DNA from: an uncultured Anaerolineaceae bacterium
GTDB taxonomy: Bacteria > Chloroflexota > Dehalococcoidia > Tepidiformales > Tepidiformaceae
Assembly: GCA_964389725.1 (NCBI GenBank)
Contig: CAYMDV010000004.1
Span: 100,145-164,144 of the forward strand
Direction: 5' to 3'
DNA length: 64,000 nucleotides
Shown one piece after another: positions 9,268-18,100 of this stretch. Numbering within the stretch: the first letter of the stretch is position 1; each line of letters begins with the position of its first letter. The translations under genes were made by a program, and so were the position numbers. The notes beneath the pieces were generated by a model. The model was given only the letters and a program-made list of their open reading frames with translations. It was not told where the DNA came from and did no database searches.

Positions 9268-10277
9268 GCCGACCCCCCTTCGTACTCCTTGGTGATGTGG
9301 TCGTAGAGGGTGTGCAGTCCCGGTTCCGGGCTCGCGTCGGCGAACGCGACGGCTTCGTCGACCTCGGCATCCACCTCGGCGACGAGCGCGGCGTACCCCG
9401 CCTCGTCGAGCAGGCCGTCGGCCACCATTGAGCGCTTCAGCCGCTGGATGGCGTCCCGCTGGCGGAAGGCGTCGACCTCCTCCTTCGTGCGGTACAGCTC
9501 CGGGTCGGCCATCGAGTGGCCCCGGTAGCGGTAGGTCAGCGCCTCGATAAAGTAAGGCCCGTTCCCCTCGCGGCAGTGGGCCAGGGCGAGCTGCGTGGCC
9601 GCGTAGACCTCGAGCACGTCCATGCCGTCGATGCGCACGCTGGGCATCTGGTAGGCCGCCGCGATCTTGTACACATCGTTCGCCAGGGAGGCGTCGAAGG
9701 GGACGCCCATGCCGTAGCCGTTGTTCTCGCAGAACCAGACCACCGGCAGCTTCCAGATGGCCGCCAGGTTGAGGGCTTCGTGGAACTCGCCCTCCCCGAC
9801 TCCGCCATCGCCGAAGATGCAGAGAGCCGCCCAGTCCTCGCCGCTCATCTTCGAGGCCAGCCCCAGCCCGGCCGCGAGCGGCATGTGCCCGGCCACGATC
9901 GCGTACCCCCCGAGGAAGTTGCGGCTCACGTCGAAGATGTGCATCGAACCGCCGCGGCCTTCGTTTGTGCCGCCCGTGCGGGCGAACAACTCCGCCATGA
10001 TGCGGTCGGGCTCGACGCCCCGGGCCAGCGCGTGGCCGTGGTCGCGGTAGTGCGTCACGATCTTGTCGTCCGCGCGCAGGGCGTTGATGGCGCCCACGGC
10101 GCAGGCTTCCTCACCCGTGTAGAGGTGCAGGAACCCGCGGATCTTGCCGCGCGTGTACATCTCCGCGCACTTCTCCTCGAAGCGCCGGATGAGCAGCATC
10201 TCGTAGAGGAACTGCCGCTGGAGTTTGCTGTCGGGGGGCTCTCCCAGCGTCGTGGGGATCGCCTGGTCCACGGTCAT
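9264..10277 (-). CDS. pyruvate/acetoin dehydrogenase E1 alpha subunit (TPP-dependent)
   Basis: Track ORF 9264..10301. I prefer ATG at 10277 (MTVDQ...), which has GAGGG upstream. Motifs: FLHLYTGEEA, FGDGGVGEGEFHEALNLAAIWKLPVVWFCENNGYGMG, YRYRGHSMADP. Confidence 0.94.
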   Translation of the reverse strand: MTVDQAIPTTLGEPPDSKLQRQFLYEMLLIRRFEEKCAEMYTRGKIRGFLHLYTGEEACAVGAINALRADDKIVTHYRDHGHALARGVEPDRIMAELFARTGGTNEGRGGSMHIFDVSRNFLGGYAIVAGHMPLAAGLGLASKMSGEDWAALCIFGDGGVGEGEFHEALNLAAIWKLPVVWFCENNGYGMGVPFDASLANDVYKIAAAYQMPSVRIDGMDVLEVYAATQLALAHCREGNGPYFIEALTYRYRGHSMADPELYRTKEEVDAFRQRDAIQRLKRSMVADGLLDEAGYAALVAEVDAEVDEAVAFADASPEPGLHTLYDHITKEYEGGSA

Positions 10278-10390
10278 GCCGGGACCCTCGTGTGCATGCA
10301 CATAGGCCTCCAGTGTAGGGGACGCTCCGTAAAGGGGTGATGACCGGATCCCGACGGGCCGCTGGCACGCGCACGGGCTAGACTCGCCCG

Positions 10391-11167
10391 ATGGACCCGC
10401 AACTGGACGAACTGACCGGTCTCGCGCGCCGGGCGGCGGCCCTCGCCGGCGAGATCGTGATGCCCCTCTTCGAGCAGCGCCTCACGGTCGAGCTGAAGGC
10501 GGATGGCACCCCCGTCACCGAGGCCGACCGGCGCGCCGAAGAGGCCATGCGCGAGCTCTTCGCCAGGGAGACGCCCGCCTTCGGGGTGCTGGGCGAGGAG
10601 CACGGCGAGACCCCGGGCGAGGGGCGCTATCGCTGGGTCATCGACCCCATCGACGGCACCAAGAGCTACATCCACCACGTGCCCCTCTTCGGCACCCTCG
10701 TCGCCCTGGAACGAGACGGCGAGCCGGTCGTGGGCGTGGTCGCCTGCCACGCCGTCGGCGAGACCGCCTGGGCGAGCCGCGGTGGCGGAGCTTTCCTCAA
10801 CGGCGAGCCCACCCGCGTCAGCGAGACGCCCTCGCTGGCCGAAGCGACGGTCCTGACGACCTCCTCGGTGAGCCTGCACCGGCGCTCGCCGCAGGGCTTT
10901 GCCCGGCTCGGCAACGAGGCCCGGCTGCTCCGCTCCTGGGGCGATTGCTACGGCTACCTGGCCGTTGTCGCGGGGCGGGCGGAGGCGATGATCGACCCCG
11001 TCGTCAATCCCTGGGACATCGCCCCGTTCGCCGTGCTCCTGGAGGAGGCGGGCGGGCGGCTGACGACGTGGGCGGGAGTCGACGGCGCCGGCGAGGACGC
11101 GGTCGCCACGAACGGGCGCATCCACGAAGCCCTGCTCGATGTCCTGGCTGGCGAGGGTGAGTCCTAG
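10391..11167 (+). CDS. inositol monophosphatase family protein (possibly histidinol-phosphatase HisN-type)
   Basis: IMPase signatures WVIDPIDGTKSYI and WDIAPFAVLLEEAGG. Confidence 0.88.
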   Translation: MDPQLDELTGLARRAAALAGEIVMPLFEQRLTVELKADGTPVTEADRRAEEAMRELFARETPAFGVLGEEHGETPGEGRYRWVIDPIDGTKSYIHHVPLFGTLVALERDGEPVVGVVACHAVGETAWASRGGGAFLNGEPTRVSETPSLAEATVLTTSSVSLHRRSPQGFARLGNEARLLRSWGDCYGYLAVVAGRAEAMIDPVVNPWDIAPFAVLLEEAGGRLTTWAGVDGAGEDAVATNGRIHEALLDVLAGEGES

Positions 11168-12075
11168 CCGGTAACGACCTTCAGGGCGCGAACACGGCCC
11201 GGCACGTCCACCTCGCCGACCCCCACGAAGGAGCCATCGGCGCCGTAGAGGCGCGCGAGCGTGGCCGGCCGCAGAAAGCCGCCGCGCGTCCACGCGACCT
11301 GCCCGTTGCGGATCTGCTGGGCGTGGCTCGTCGTGAGGATGGCGGCTGCACTCCCGGCGACCCCCTCGTCCGCGGGCCGCACGACTTCGTCGAGCTTGCC
11401 GGCCCCCGCGAACGCTCCCAGCGCCTCCACCGGCACGGCCTCTCGCACGTGGAAGGGGCCACTGCCCGTGCGCCGCAGGCTCGCCAGGTGCGCCCCGCAG
11501 CCGATCGCCCGCCCGATGTCGCGAGCGAGGCTGCGCACGTACATCCCCGCCCCGCAGTGCACATCCACGCGCAGCCGGTCGGGGGCGATGCGTTGCAGGC
11601 TGAGGGCGGTCACGGTTACCGGTCGCGGCTGCAGCTCCGGCGCCTCGCCCTCGCGGGCGAGCGCGTAGGCTCGCCGACCCTCCACCTTGACGGCGCTGTA
11701 GGCCGGCGGCGTCTGCATGATCTCCCCCGTGAACCGGCGCGCAATCGCCTCCAGGTCAATCTCGCCCTCGGGAACCGGGGCGGAGCGCGTGGGCTGGCCC
11801 TCGGCGTCGTCCGTGTCCGTCTCCTGGCCCAGGGCGATCTCGCCTTCGTACGCCTTCTCGCCCGGCATCATGTACTCCACAAGCCGCGTCGCCCGCCCCA
11901 GGCAGAGGACCAGCAGGCCCGTCGCCATCGGGTCGAGCGCGCCCGTGTGCCCGATGCGCCGCTGGCCGGTCAGCCGGCGGGAGCGCGCGACGACGTCGTG
12001 GCTCGTCCAGCCGGGCTCCTTGTCGATCAGGAGCACTCCCGTCAGGCCGGAGTCGCCCTTGCGGCGCGGGCTCAC
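11164..12075 (-). CDS. truB: tRNA pseudouridine(55) synthase
   Basis: GVLLIDKEPGWTSHDVV...GHTGALDPMATGLLVLCLG (catalytic Asp motif). Lies downstream of rbfA with a 4-nt overlap. Confidence 0.95.
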   Translation of the reverse strand: MSPRRKGDSGLTGVLLIDKEPGWTSHDVVARSRRLTGQRRIGHTGALDPMATGLLVLCLGRATRLVEYMMPGEKAYEGEIALGQETDTDDAEGQPTRSAPVPEGEIDLEAIARRFTGEIMQTPPAYSAVKVEGRRAYALAREGEAPELQPRPVTVTALSLQRIAPDRLRVDVHCGAGMYVRSLARDIGRAIGCGAHLASLRRTGSGPFHVREAVPVEALGAFAGAGKLDEVVRPADEGVAGSAAAILTTSHAQQIRNGQVAWTRGGFLRPATLARLYGADGSFVGVGEVDVPGRVRALKVVTG

Positions 12076-12452
12076 GAGCCGTCGTTCCCGCCGTCCGTCA
12101 CGTCACGGTCCCGGGCGAGCTCGGCGATGGTGGAGGCGAGGCGCGCCCCCCGTTCGATGGATGGGTCGAAGCGGAAACTGAGTGAGGGCGTGCGGCGCAG
12201 GCGCAGGCGCCGTCGCAGTTCGCGTTCCAGGAACGCCGAGGCGCTCTGCAGCCCCGCGAGCGCTTCGTCGCGCTCCTCCGTGCTGCCGAGATGGGAGACG
12301 AACACCGATGCGGTCCGCAGGTCCGCGCTCACCTCCACCTCCGTGATGGTGAGGAACGCCCCTTCGAGGCGTGGATCCTTGAGCTCCCGCTGGACGAGCT
12401 CGCTGAGCTCCTCGCGGAGCAACTCGCTGACACGGCTGGTGCGCCGGCTCAT
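12072..12452 (-). CDS. rbfA: ribosome-binding factor A
   Basis: 126-aa ORF; RVSELLREELSELVQRELKDPRL...LTITEVEVSADLRTASVFV. Conserved position between infB and truB. Confidence 0.93.
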   Translation of the reverse strand: MSRRTSRVSELLREELSELVQRELKDPRLEGAFLTITEVEVSADLRTASVFVSHLGSTEERDEALAGLQSASAFLERELRRRLRLRRTPSLSFRFDPSIERGARLASTIAELARDRDVTDGGNDGS

Positions 12453-12476
12453 CGTGATTCCACCCGGGTCCGCGCC

Positions 12477-14249
12477 CTAGTTGACGCGCTGCTGGTGGTA
12501 GAACTCCAGGAGGTCGCCTTCCTCGAAGGCGTCGAAGCGCTCCAGCACGATGCCGCACTCGAAGCCCTGCTGCACCTCGCGAACGTCGTCCTGGAAGCGG
12601 CGCAGCCCCTCGCAGGCGGCGTCGGTGATCTCCTCGCCGTTGCGAAGCACGCGCACGCGGTCGCCCCGCCGGAGCGTGCCGTCCGTGACGTAGCAGCCCG
12701 CAATCTGCCCGACTCGGCTCGAGCGGAAGAGCGCCCGCACCTCGGCCGTGCCGTCCACGACCCGCTCGTAGACGGGCTCGTACATCCCTTCGAGTGCCTG
12801 CTCGACGCTCTCCAGGAGCTGGTAGATGACGTCGTAGGTGCGAATCTCGACCCCGTTGACCTCCGCCTGGGCGGCGGCCGAAGGCTCGGTGCGCACGTTG
12901 AAGGCGAGGATGATCGCCCCCGAGGCGCCCGCCAGCATCACGTCCGATTCGCTCACGGGGCCCGTCGCGGAGTGGATGACCTTGATCTTCACCTCGCCCG
13001 TGCCCAGCCCCTGCAGCGAGCCCCGGATCGCCTCCCCGCTGCCCCGCACGTCCGTTTTCAGGATGAGCAGCAGCTCCTTCACGTTCCCGGCGCTGACTTC
13101 GTGGAAAAGCGTGTCGAGCGTGAGGTGGCCGCGTCGCGCGCCCGAGGCGCCTTCCGCGTCGCGCCGCGCCTGTTCGACGATGCGGCGCGCGGCGCGCTCG
13201 CTCTCGACGACTTCGATGGCGTCGCCTGCGGCGGGCACGTCCTCGAGCCCCATGATGCGCACCGGCCGGGCGGGACCCGCCTCCTCGAGGCGCTCCCCGC
13301 GCTCGTCGAACATCGCCTTCACCTTGCCGCTGATGAGCCCGCTCACGAGAGCGTCGCCCCGCCGCAGGGTGCCGTTGCGGACGAGTACGGTCGCCAGCGG
13401 CCCGCGGCGTGCGTCCAGCTCCGCCTCGACCACTGTGCCCGTGGCCAGTCGGTCCGGGCGCGCCGTCAGCTCCTGGATCTCCGCGAGGAGCTCGATCGAA
13501 TCGAGCAAGTCGCCGATCCCTTCCCCGGTGGTCGCCGAGACGGGTACGGCCAGGACATCGCCGCCGTAGTCCTCGACGACGACGCTCTGTTCGGTGAGCT
13601 GCTGCTTCACGCGGTCGGGATTGGCGGCCGGCAGGTCCGTCTTGTTGATGGCGATGATCATCGGCACGTCCGCGGCGCGCACATGGTCGATCGCCTCGAC
13701 CGACTGCGGCATCACGCCGTCGTCCGCTGCTACCACCACCACGGCGATGTCCGTGATCTGGGCACCGCGCGCCCGCATCGCGGTGAAGGCCGCGTGGCCG
13801 GGCGTGTCGATGAAGGTGATGGGGCTGCCCTTGCGCTCGATCTGGTAGGCGCCGATGTGCTGCGTGATGCCCCCTGCCTCGCCCGCGACGACGTTCGTCT
13901 CCCGGATCGCGTCCAGCAGGCTGGTCTTCCCGTGGTCCACGTGCCCGAGGATCGTGACCACCGGCGGCCGGGGAGTACCGGCGCCGTCCGCTTCCTCCTC
14001 GGCTTCGGGCGTGGTTGTTGCGACGGCCCCGGGGGCAGCCTCGTGTGAGGGCTCGAGCCCGAGCTCCGTGGAGACCATCGCGGCCGTCTCGTAGTCGATC
14101 GTGTCGTTCATGGCGGCCATCACGCCATGCGTCATGAGGCGCTTGATCGCCTCGATGGGGGTAATGCCCAGGCGCTCGCTCAACCCCTTGACGGTAATCG
14201 CCTCGGGGAGGGTGACGGTGCGCGGCCGGGACGACTGTCGGGCTGTCAT
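12477..14249 (-). CDS. infB: translation initiation factor IF-2
   Basis: Track ORF 12477..14375. I place the start at ATG 14249 (MTARQ...), which forms an ATGA overlap with the ylxR stop. GTPase motifs [21 protein letters not shown]; C-terminal domains are typical of IF-2. Confidence 0.95.
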   Translation of the reverse strand: MTARQSSRPRTVTLPEAITVKGLSERLGITPIEAIKRLMTHGVMAAMNDTIDYETAAMVSTELGLEPSHEAAPGAVATTTPEAEEEADGAGTPRPPVVTILGHVDHGKTSLLDAIRETNVVAGEAGGITQHIGAYQIERKGSPITFIDTPGHAAFTAMRARGAQITDIAVVVVAADDGVMPQSVEAIDHVRAADVPMIIAINKTDLPAANPDRVKQQLTEQSVVVEDYGGDVLAVPVSATTGEGIGDLLDSIELLAEIQELTARPDRLATGTVVEAELDARRGPLATVLVRNGTLRRGDALVSGLISGKVKAMFDERGERLEEAGPARPVRIMGLEDVPAAGDAIEVVESERAARRIVEQARRDAEGASGARRGHLTLDTLFHEVSAGNVKELLLILKTDVRGSGEAIRGSLQGLGTGEVKIKVIHSATGPVSESDVMLAGASGAIILAFNVRTEPSAAAQAEVNGVEIRTYDVIYQLLESVEQALEGMYEPVYERVVDGTAEVRALFRSSRVGQIAGCYVTDGTLRRGDRVRVLRNGEEITDAACEGLRRFQDDVREVQQGFECGIVLERFDAFEEGDLLEFYHQQRVN

Positions 14250-14542
14250 GCTTCCTCCGCGTCTCTGTCGGGAATGGCTTCCTGGTAACGCCGCAGGCCC
14301 TCGAGATCGCCGGAATTCGGGGTCATGCGGAGGGCCTTGCCTATCGTAGCGCCTTGCAGGGCCTGCTCCCAACACGAACGCGAGCGGTGCAGGTACGCGC
14401 CCCGCCCGGCGAGCCGCTTCCCCGGCGATTCCACCGCCACGCCCCCCTCGGGCGCCCGCACGATGCGCACGAGTCCGCGCTTCCCGGCTACCTCGCGGCA
14501 GCCGATGCAGGTGCGCTGCGGCTCATGGCGCGCGGCTGCCAT
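14246..14542 (-). CDS. ylxR: YlxR/RnpM family (DUF448) RNA-binding protein
   Basis: 98-aa ORF; PQRTCIGCREVAGKRGLVRIV...GRGAYLH. Conserved position between nusA and infB. Confidence 0.9.
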   Translation of the reverse strand: MAAARHEPQRTCIGCREVAGKRGLVRIVRAPEGGVAVESPGKRLAGRGAYLHRSRSCWEQALQGATIGKALRMTPNSGDLEGLRRYQEAIPDRDAEEA

Positions 14543-14550
14543 TCCCGTCC

Positions 14551-16092
14551 TCAGTGGATCCGGCCTGCGTAGTCGATGTCGTCCTCGAAGTCGTCCTCTT
14601 CCACGCGCGGGGCCCGGCGGCGGCGCCGGGGGCTGGGCTCCTCCTCGCGGGCCGGCAGGACATCCTCGGCAAAGCGGATGGCGGTCGGGCGTTCCTCCGG
14701 CACCACCAGCGTGGGCACCGTGTATTCCTCACCCTCGTCGTCGTCGAACTCTTCCTCGCCGTAGTCCTCTGCCTCGCGCGTTTCCTCGTCCGGGATTTCC
14801 ATCTCGGCAAGGGCCGCGGGGAAGAGCACGTCCTCCTCTTGCTGCGTCCCGGCCAGCGCTGCCGGCTCTTCAGCGGCGACTGCCGCCGCAGCCGCGGCCG
14901 CCGGAACGGCCACGGGCGGGCGCACCGGCTCGTCCACGATGGGCGGCAGGGGCTCGTCCGGAAGCTGCAGAATGTCGAGGTCCGGTTCGGTCCCCGGCGG
15001 GAACGCGTCGAAGGCCGCGGGCGCCTCCACGATCGCGGCGCCCTCTACCTCGCGCTCCGTCCCGGTCTGGCTGCGGACGCTGATGCGGTAGCCCGTCAGC
15101 TTCGCTGTCAGGCGCGCGTTCTGTCCCTCCTTGCCGATGGCCAGGGAGAGCATGGAATCGGGCACGACCACTGTCGCCTCCCGCGTGTCCTCGTCGAGCT
15201 GCACCTCGACCACCTGTGCCGGGCTGAGCGCGTTGGTCACGAAGTTCACCGGGTCCGCGTCCCACTTGATGATGTCGACCCGCTCCCCGCCGAGCTCGTT
15301 CACGACGTTCTGGATGCGCGATCCGCGCATCCCCACGCACGCCCCGATCGGGTCCACGCTGGCGGCGCGACCGTGCACCGCCACCTTGCTGCGATGTCCG
15401 CCCTCGCGCGCGATTGCCTTGACCTCGACGCGCCCCTGGGCGATCTCGGGAACCTCGACCTCCAGCAGGCGGCGCAGCAGGAGGCGGTGCCCCCGGCTCA
15501 CGATCACCTGCGGGCCCTTCACCTCGTCGTTCACCTCGAGCAGCAGCACCTTCACGCGCTGGCCGGCGCGCAGGTGCTCGTTGCGCACCATCTCGCTGCC
15601 GGGCAGGAGCGCTTCCGTCCCGCGCCCGATCTCGACCGTGGCCTGGCGGTTCTCGACCCGCTGGACCGTGGCCAGCAGCACCTCGCCCTGCTTGTCCGCG
15701 TACTCCTCGTAGATGGCGCCCCGCTCGGCCTCCCGCAGCCGCTGCAGCACGACCTGCTTGGCCGTCTGCGCGGCGATGCGGCCCGCGTTCTCGGGCGGTT
15801 TCACCTCGAACTCGAGGATGTCGTCGATGCGCGCGTCTGGCTTGTAGCGCTTCGCCTCTTCGATATCCATCTCGAGGTTCTCGTCCTCGACCGTGCGGAC
15901 CACGGTCTTCTGGATGAAGGCGCTGATGTCGCCCGTCTCGCCCGAGATGCGCACGTGCACCTCCGGGCCTTCCTCGCCATCCCGGCGGTAGGCGGAGGCC
16001 AGCGCGGACTCGACGGCCTGGAAGATCACCTCGCGCGCGAGGTTCTTCTCCGCCGCCAACTGGCTGATCGCAAGCAGGAAGTCGTTCTTCAT
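14551..16092 (-). CDS. nusA: transcription termination/antitermination factor NusA with long acidic low-complexity C-terminal tail
   Basis: Track ORF 14551..16119. ATG at 16092 (MKNDFLLAISQLAAEKNL...) has GGGAGA upstream. N-terminal, S1 and KH1/KH2 regions are present (ACVGMRGSRIQNVVNELGGERVDI; AIGKEGQNARLTAKLTG). The last ~170 aa are Ala/Pro/Glu/Asp-rich. Confidence 0.95.
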   Translation of the reverse strand: MKNDFLLAISQLAAEKNLAREVIFQAVESALASAYRRDGEEGPEVHVRISGETGDISAFIQKTVVRTVEDENLEMDIEEAKRYKPDARIDDILEFEVKPPENAGRIAAQTAKQVVLQRLREAERGAIYEEYADKQGEVLLATVQRVENRQATVEIGRGTEALLPGSEMVRNEHLRAGQRVKVLLLEVNDEVKGPQVIVSRGHRLLLRRLLEVEVPEIAQGRVEVKAIAREGGHRSKVAVHGRAASVDPIGACVGMRGSRIQNVVNELGGERVDIIKWDADPVNFVTNALSPAQVVEVQLDEDTREATVVVPDSMLSLAIGKEGQNARLTAKLTGYRISVRSQTGTEREVEGAAIVEAPAAFDAFPPGTEPDLDILQLPDEPLPPIVDEPVRPPVAVPAAAAAAAVAAEEPAALAGTQQEEDVLFPAALAEMEIPDEETREAEDYGEEEFDDDEGEEYTVPTLVVPEERPTAIRFAEDVLPAREEEPSPRRRRRAPRVEEDDFEDDIDYAGRIH

Positions 16093-16100
16093 CGTCTCCC

Positions 16101-16133
16101 AAACAAAAGAGGCGGGCACTGCCGCCCACCTCT
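16101..16133 (-). terminator. intrinsic terminator/attenuator hairpin plus U-tract between ldh and nusA
   Basis: Reverse strand reads AGAGGTGGGC-GGCAGT-GCCCGCCTCT followed by TTTGTTTGG. This is a 10-bp stem with one mismatch and a 6-nt loop. The T-rich tract ends about 10 nt before the nusA ATG. It is the clearest hairpin+T-tract in the window. Confidence 0.55.
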
Positions 16134-16155
16134 CCCCAAAGGATTGGCCTCATGC

Positions 16156-16164
16156 ACTATAGCA
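16156..16164 (-). promoter_or_regulatory. putative extended -10 promoter element (TGCTATAGT) upstream of the nusA leader
   Basis: Reverse strand reads TGCTATAGT (TGn + TATAGT) about 20 nt upstream of the hairpin. The same TGCTATA core occurs upstream of ftsH (26967). No good -35 element was seen. Confidence 0.35.
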
Positions 16165-16173
16165 GAACCGCCC

Positions 16174-17271
16174 TTAGCGGGCTCCCGATCCCGTCCTTGG
16201 ACGGCGTGGCACACGGGCGTGCAGACCGCCCACCTCGCGGATGCGCCGGTCCGCCCGCGCGATGGCTTCCTCCAGCGGTGTGACCCCTGCCTGGCGGGCG
16301 CGCTCGAGTACGTCGGTTACCGTCCCCTCAATGGCGTCGACCCGCCGGTTCGCGCGGTCTTCGCGGTAGTCGCGCCCCACCTCCTCCGCCAGATTCACGA
16401 CTCCCCCCGCGTTCACGATGAAGTCCGGCACGTAGAGGATGCCGCGCCCGGCGAGCTCATCCGCGAGCTCGTCGCTGGCGAGCTGGTTGTTGGCGCTGCC
16501 GAGGACGGCGGCGCAGCGCAGCGCGGGGAGCGTCTCGGGGTTGATGGCCCCACCGAGGGCGCACGGCGCGTACACGTCGCACGCCGTCGCGTGGATCGCG
16601 CCCGGGTCGGCCACCTCCGCCCCCGTCTCGCTCGCCAGCGCGGCCACGGCCTCCTCGTTCACGTCCGCGACCGTCAGGCAGGCGCCCGCCTCGGCGAGCA
16701 TCCGTGCGAAGGCGCCACCCACCTTCCCCACCCCCTGGATGGCGACGTGCCGGCCCGTCAGGTCGGGCCCGTCCCAGAGCGAGCGCGCAGCCCCGCGCAT
16801 GGCCGCCATCAGTCCCCGTGCGGTCGTGGGCGAAGGGTCGCCCGAGCCGCCCGCGTCGTGCGAGGCGCCCGTCACGTAGGCGGTCTCGCGCGCGATCGTC
16901 TCCATGTCCGCGATCGTCGTGCCCACGTCCTCGGCGGTCACGTACGCCCCGCCCAGCGACTGCACGGCGCGCCCGTAGGCCCGCAGCAACCGCTCGGACT
17001 TGTCCTGTCGCGGGTCGCCGATGATGACGCCCTTCCCCCCGCCGAAGTCGAGCCCCGCGGCGGCGTTCTTGCGGGTCATGGCCCGCGAGAGCCGAAGGGC
17101 GTCGGCGAGGGCGTCCTCCTCGGAGTCGTATGGGTAGAAGCGCGTGCCCCCGAGCGCCGGCCCGAGGACGGTAGAGTGGACGGCGATGATGGCCCTCAGG
17201 CCCGACTCGCCATCGCGCGCGAAGAGAATCTGCTCGTGACCGCCCTCATCGGCGGCGGCGAAGACCTTCAT
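16174..17271 (-). CDS. leucine dehydrogenase (Glu/Leu/Phe/Val dehydrogenase family)
   Basis: In-frame ATG at 17271 within track ORF 16174..17739: MKVFAAADEGGHEQILF...GPALGGTRFYPY...AAAGLDFGGGKGVIIGDP...VAIQGVGKVGG. The catalytic Lys motif and Rossmann GxGxxG are typical of Leu/Val dehydrogenases. Confidence 0.9.
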   Translation of the reverse strand: MKVFAAADEGGHEQILFARDGESGLRAIIAVHSTVLGPALGGTRFYPYDSEEDALADALRLSRAMTRKNAAAGLDFGGGKGVIIGDPRQDKSERLLRAYGRAVQSLGGAYVTAEDVGTTIADMETIARETAYVTGASHDAGGSGDPSPTTARGLMAAMRGAARSLWDGPDLTGRHVAIQGVGKVGGAFARMLAEAGACLTVADVNEEAVAALASETGAEVADPGAIHATACDVYAPCALGGAINPETLPALRCAAVLGSANNQLASDELADELAGRGILYVPDFIVNAGGVVNLAEEVGRDYREDRANRRVDAIEGTVTDVLERARQAGVTPLEEAIARADRRIREVGGLHARVPRRPRTGSGAR

Positions 17272-17332
17272 GGCTTCGATCGTAGCGCAGCCACCGGCAT
17301 GCGGCCTCAATCGGTGCACGGCGGGTAAAGCA

Positions 17333-18097
17333 ATGCCGGCCGAGGTGATCGCGGCGGAGATCGAGCGCGTCCTGCGGGCCGAGGGCGATCCTCGCCGCGC
17401 CGTGGGGCAGCAGGCCGACCGCGAGAAGCACATCCCCAATCCCCCGGGGCCGGGCCTCGGCCTCGAATACCTGGGCGCGACCGTTCCGCTGGTCCGGAGC
17501 ACGACGAAGGCAGCGCTGCGCGCGCACCCGGTGAAACGGCGCGAGGAGCTGGTGGCGTTGGCCGAACGCCTCTGGGACGCCGGCGTGTACGACCTGAGAC
17601 TGGCGGCTATCGATGCCCTGAGGGTGCACATCAGGCTGCTTGCCGAGGAGGACCTGGCGGTGCTCGAGCGGTTCGTGCGCGAGGCGCAGACATGGGCGCT
17701 GCTCGACACCCTCTCGATCAGCGTGCTCGCCCCGCTCATCGAGCGCTTCCCGGCGCTCGTGGGAACGCTGGACCGGTGGGCGGAGGACGACGACTTCTGG
17801 GTTCGGCGCCAGGCGATGCTGAGCCTGCTGCCCGCCCTCCGCCGAGGCGAGGGCGACTTCGACCGCTTCGTGCGCTACGCCGACGCCATGCTCGAGGAGC
17901 GCGAGTTCTTCATCCGCAAGGTTATCGGCTGGATCCTGCGCGAGGTCAGCAAGAGGCGCCCCCGGCTGGTCACGGAGTGGCTGGCCCCGCGCACGGGTCG
18001 GGCCTCGGGCGTGACCTTCCGGGAAGCGGTGAAGTACCTGCCCCCGGACGATCGCGAGCGCCTCACCGCCGCCTTCCGCGAAGGCCGCCCGGCCTGA
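17333..18097 (+). CDS. DNA alkylation repair protein (AlkC/AlkD-like HEAT-repeat family)
   Basis: Track ORF 17270..18097. I prefer ATG at 17333 (MPAEVIAAEIERVL...). The C-terminal pattern WAEDDDFWVRRQAML...EFFIRKVIGWILRE is characteristic of the PF08713-type family. Confidence 0.85.
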   Translation: MPAEVIAAEIERVLRAEGDPRRAVGQQADREKHIPNPPGPGLGLEYLGATVPLVRSTTKAALRAHPVKRREELVALAERLWDAGVYDLRLAAIDALRVHIRLLAEEDLAVLERFVREAQTWALLDTLSISVLAPLIERFPALVGTLDRWAEDDDFWVRRQAMLSLLPALRRGEGDFDRFVRYADAMLEEREFFIRKVIGWILREVSKRRPRLVTEWLAPRTGRASGVTFREAVKYLPPDDRERLTAAFREGRPA

Positions 18098-18100
18098 GGG

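Noticed and set aside
7132-9306. 724-aa + strand ORF across PDH E2/E1-beta
   Set aside because: Shadow ORF antisense to well-supported genes, with R/H/D/G-rich low-information sequence.
12291-14048. 585-aa + strand ORF
   Set aside because: Antisense to infB/rbfA, with no recognisable domain and shadow composition.
14554-17328. 924-aa + strand ORF, the longest in the window
   Set aside because: It runs antisense through nusA and the leucine dehydrogenase gene, both of which have unambiguous motifs. It is a shadow ORF.
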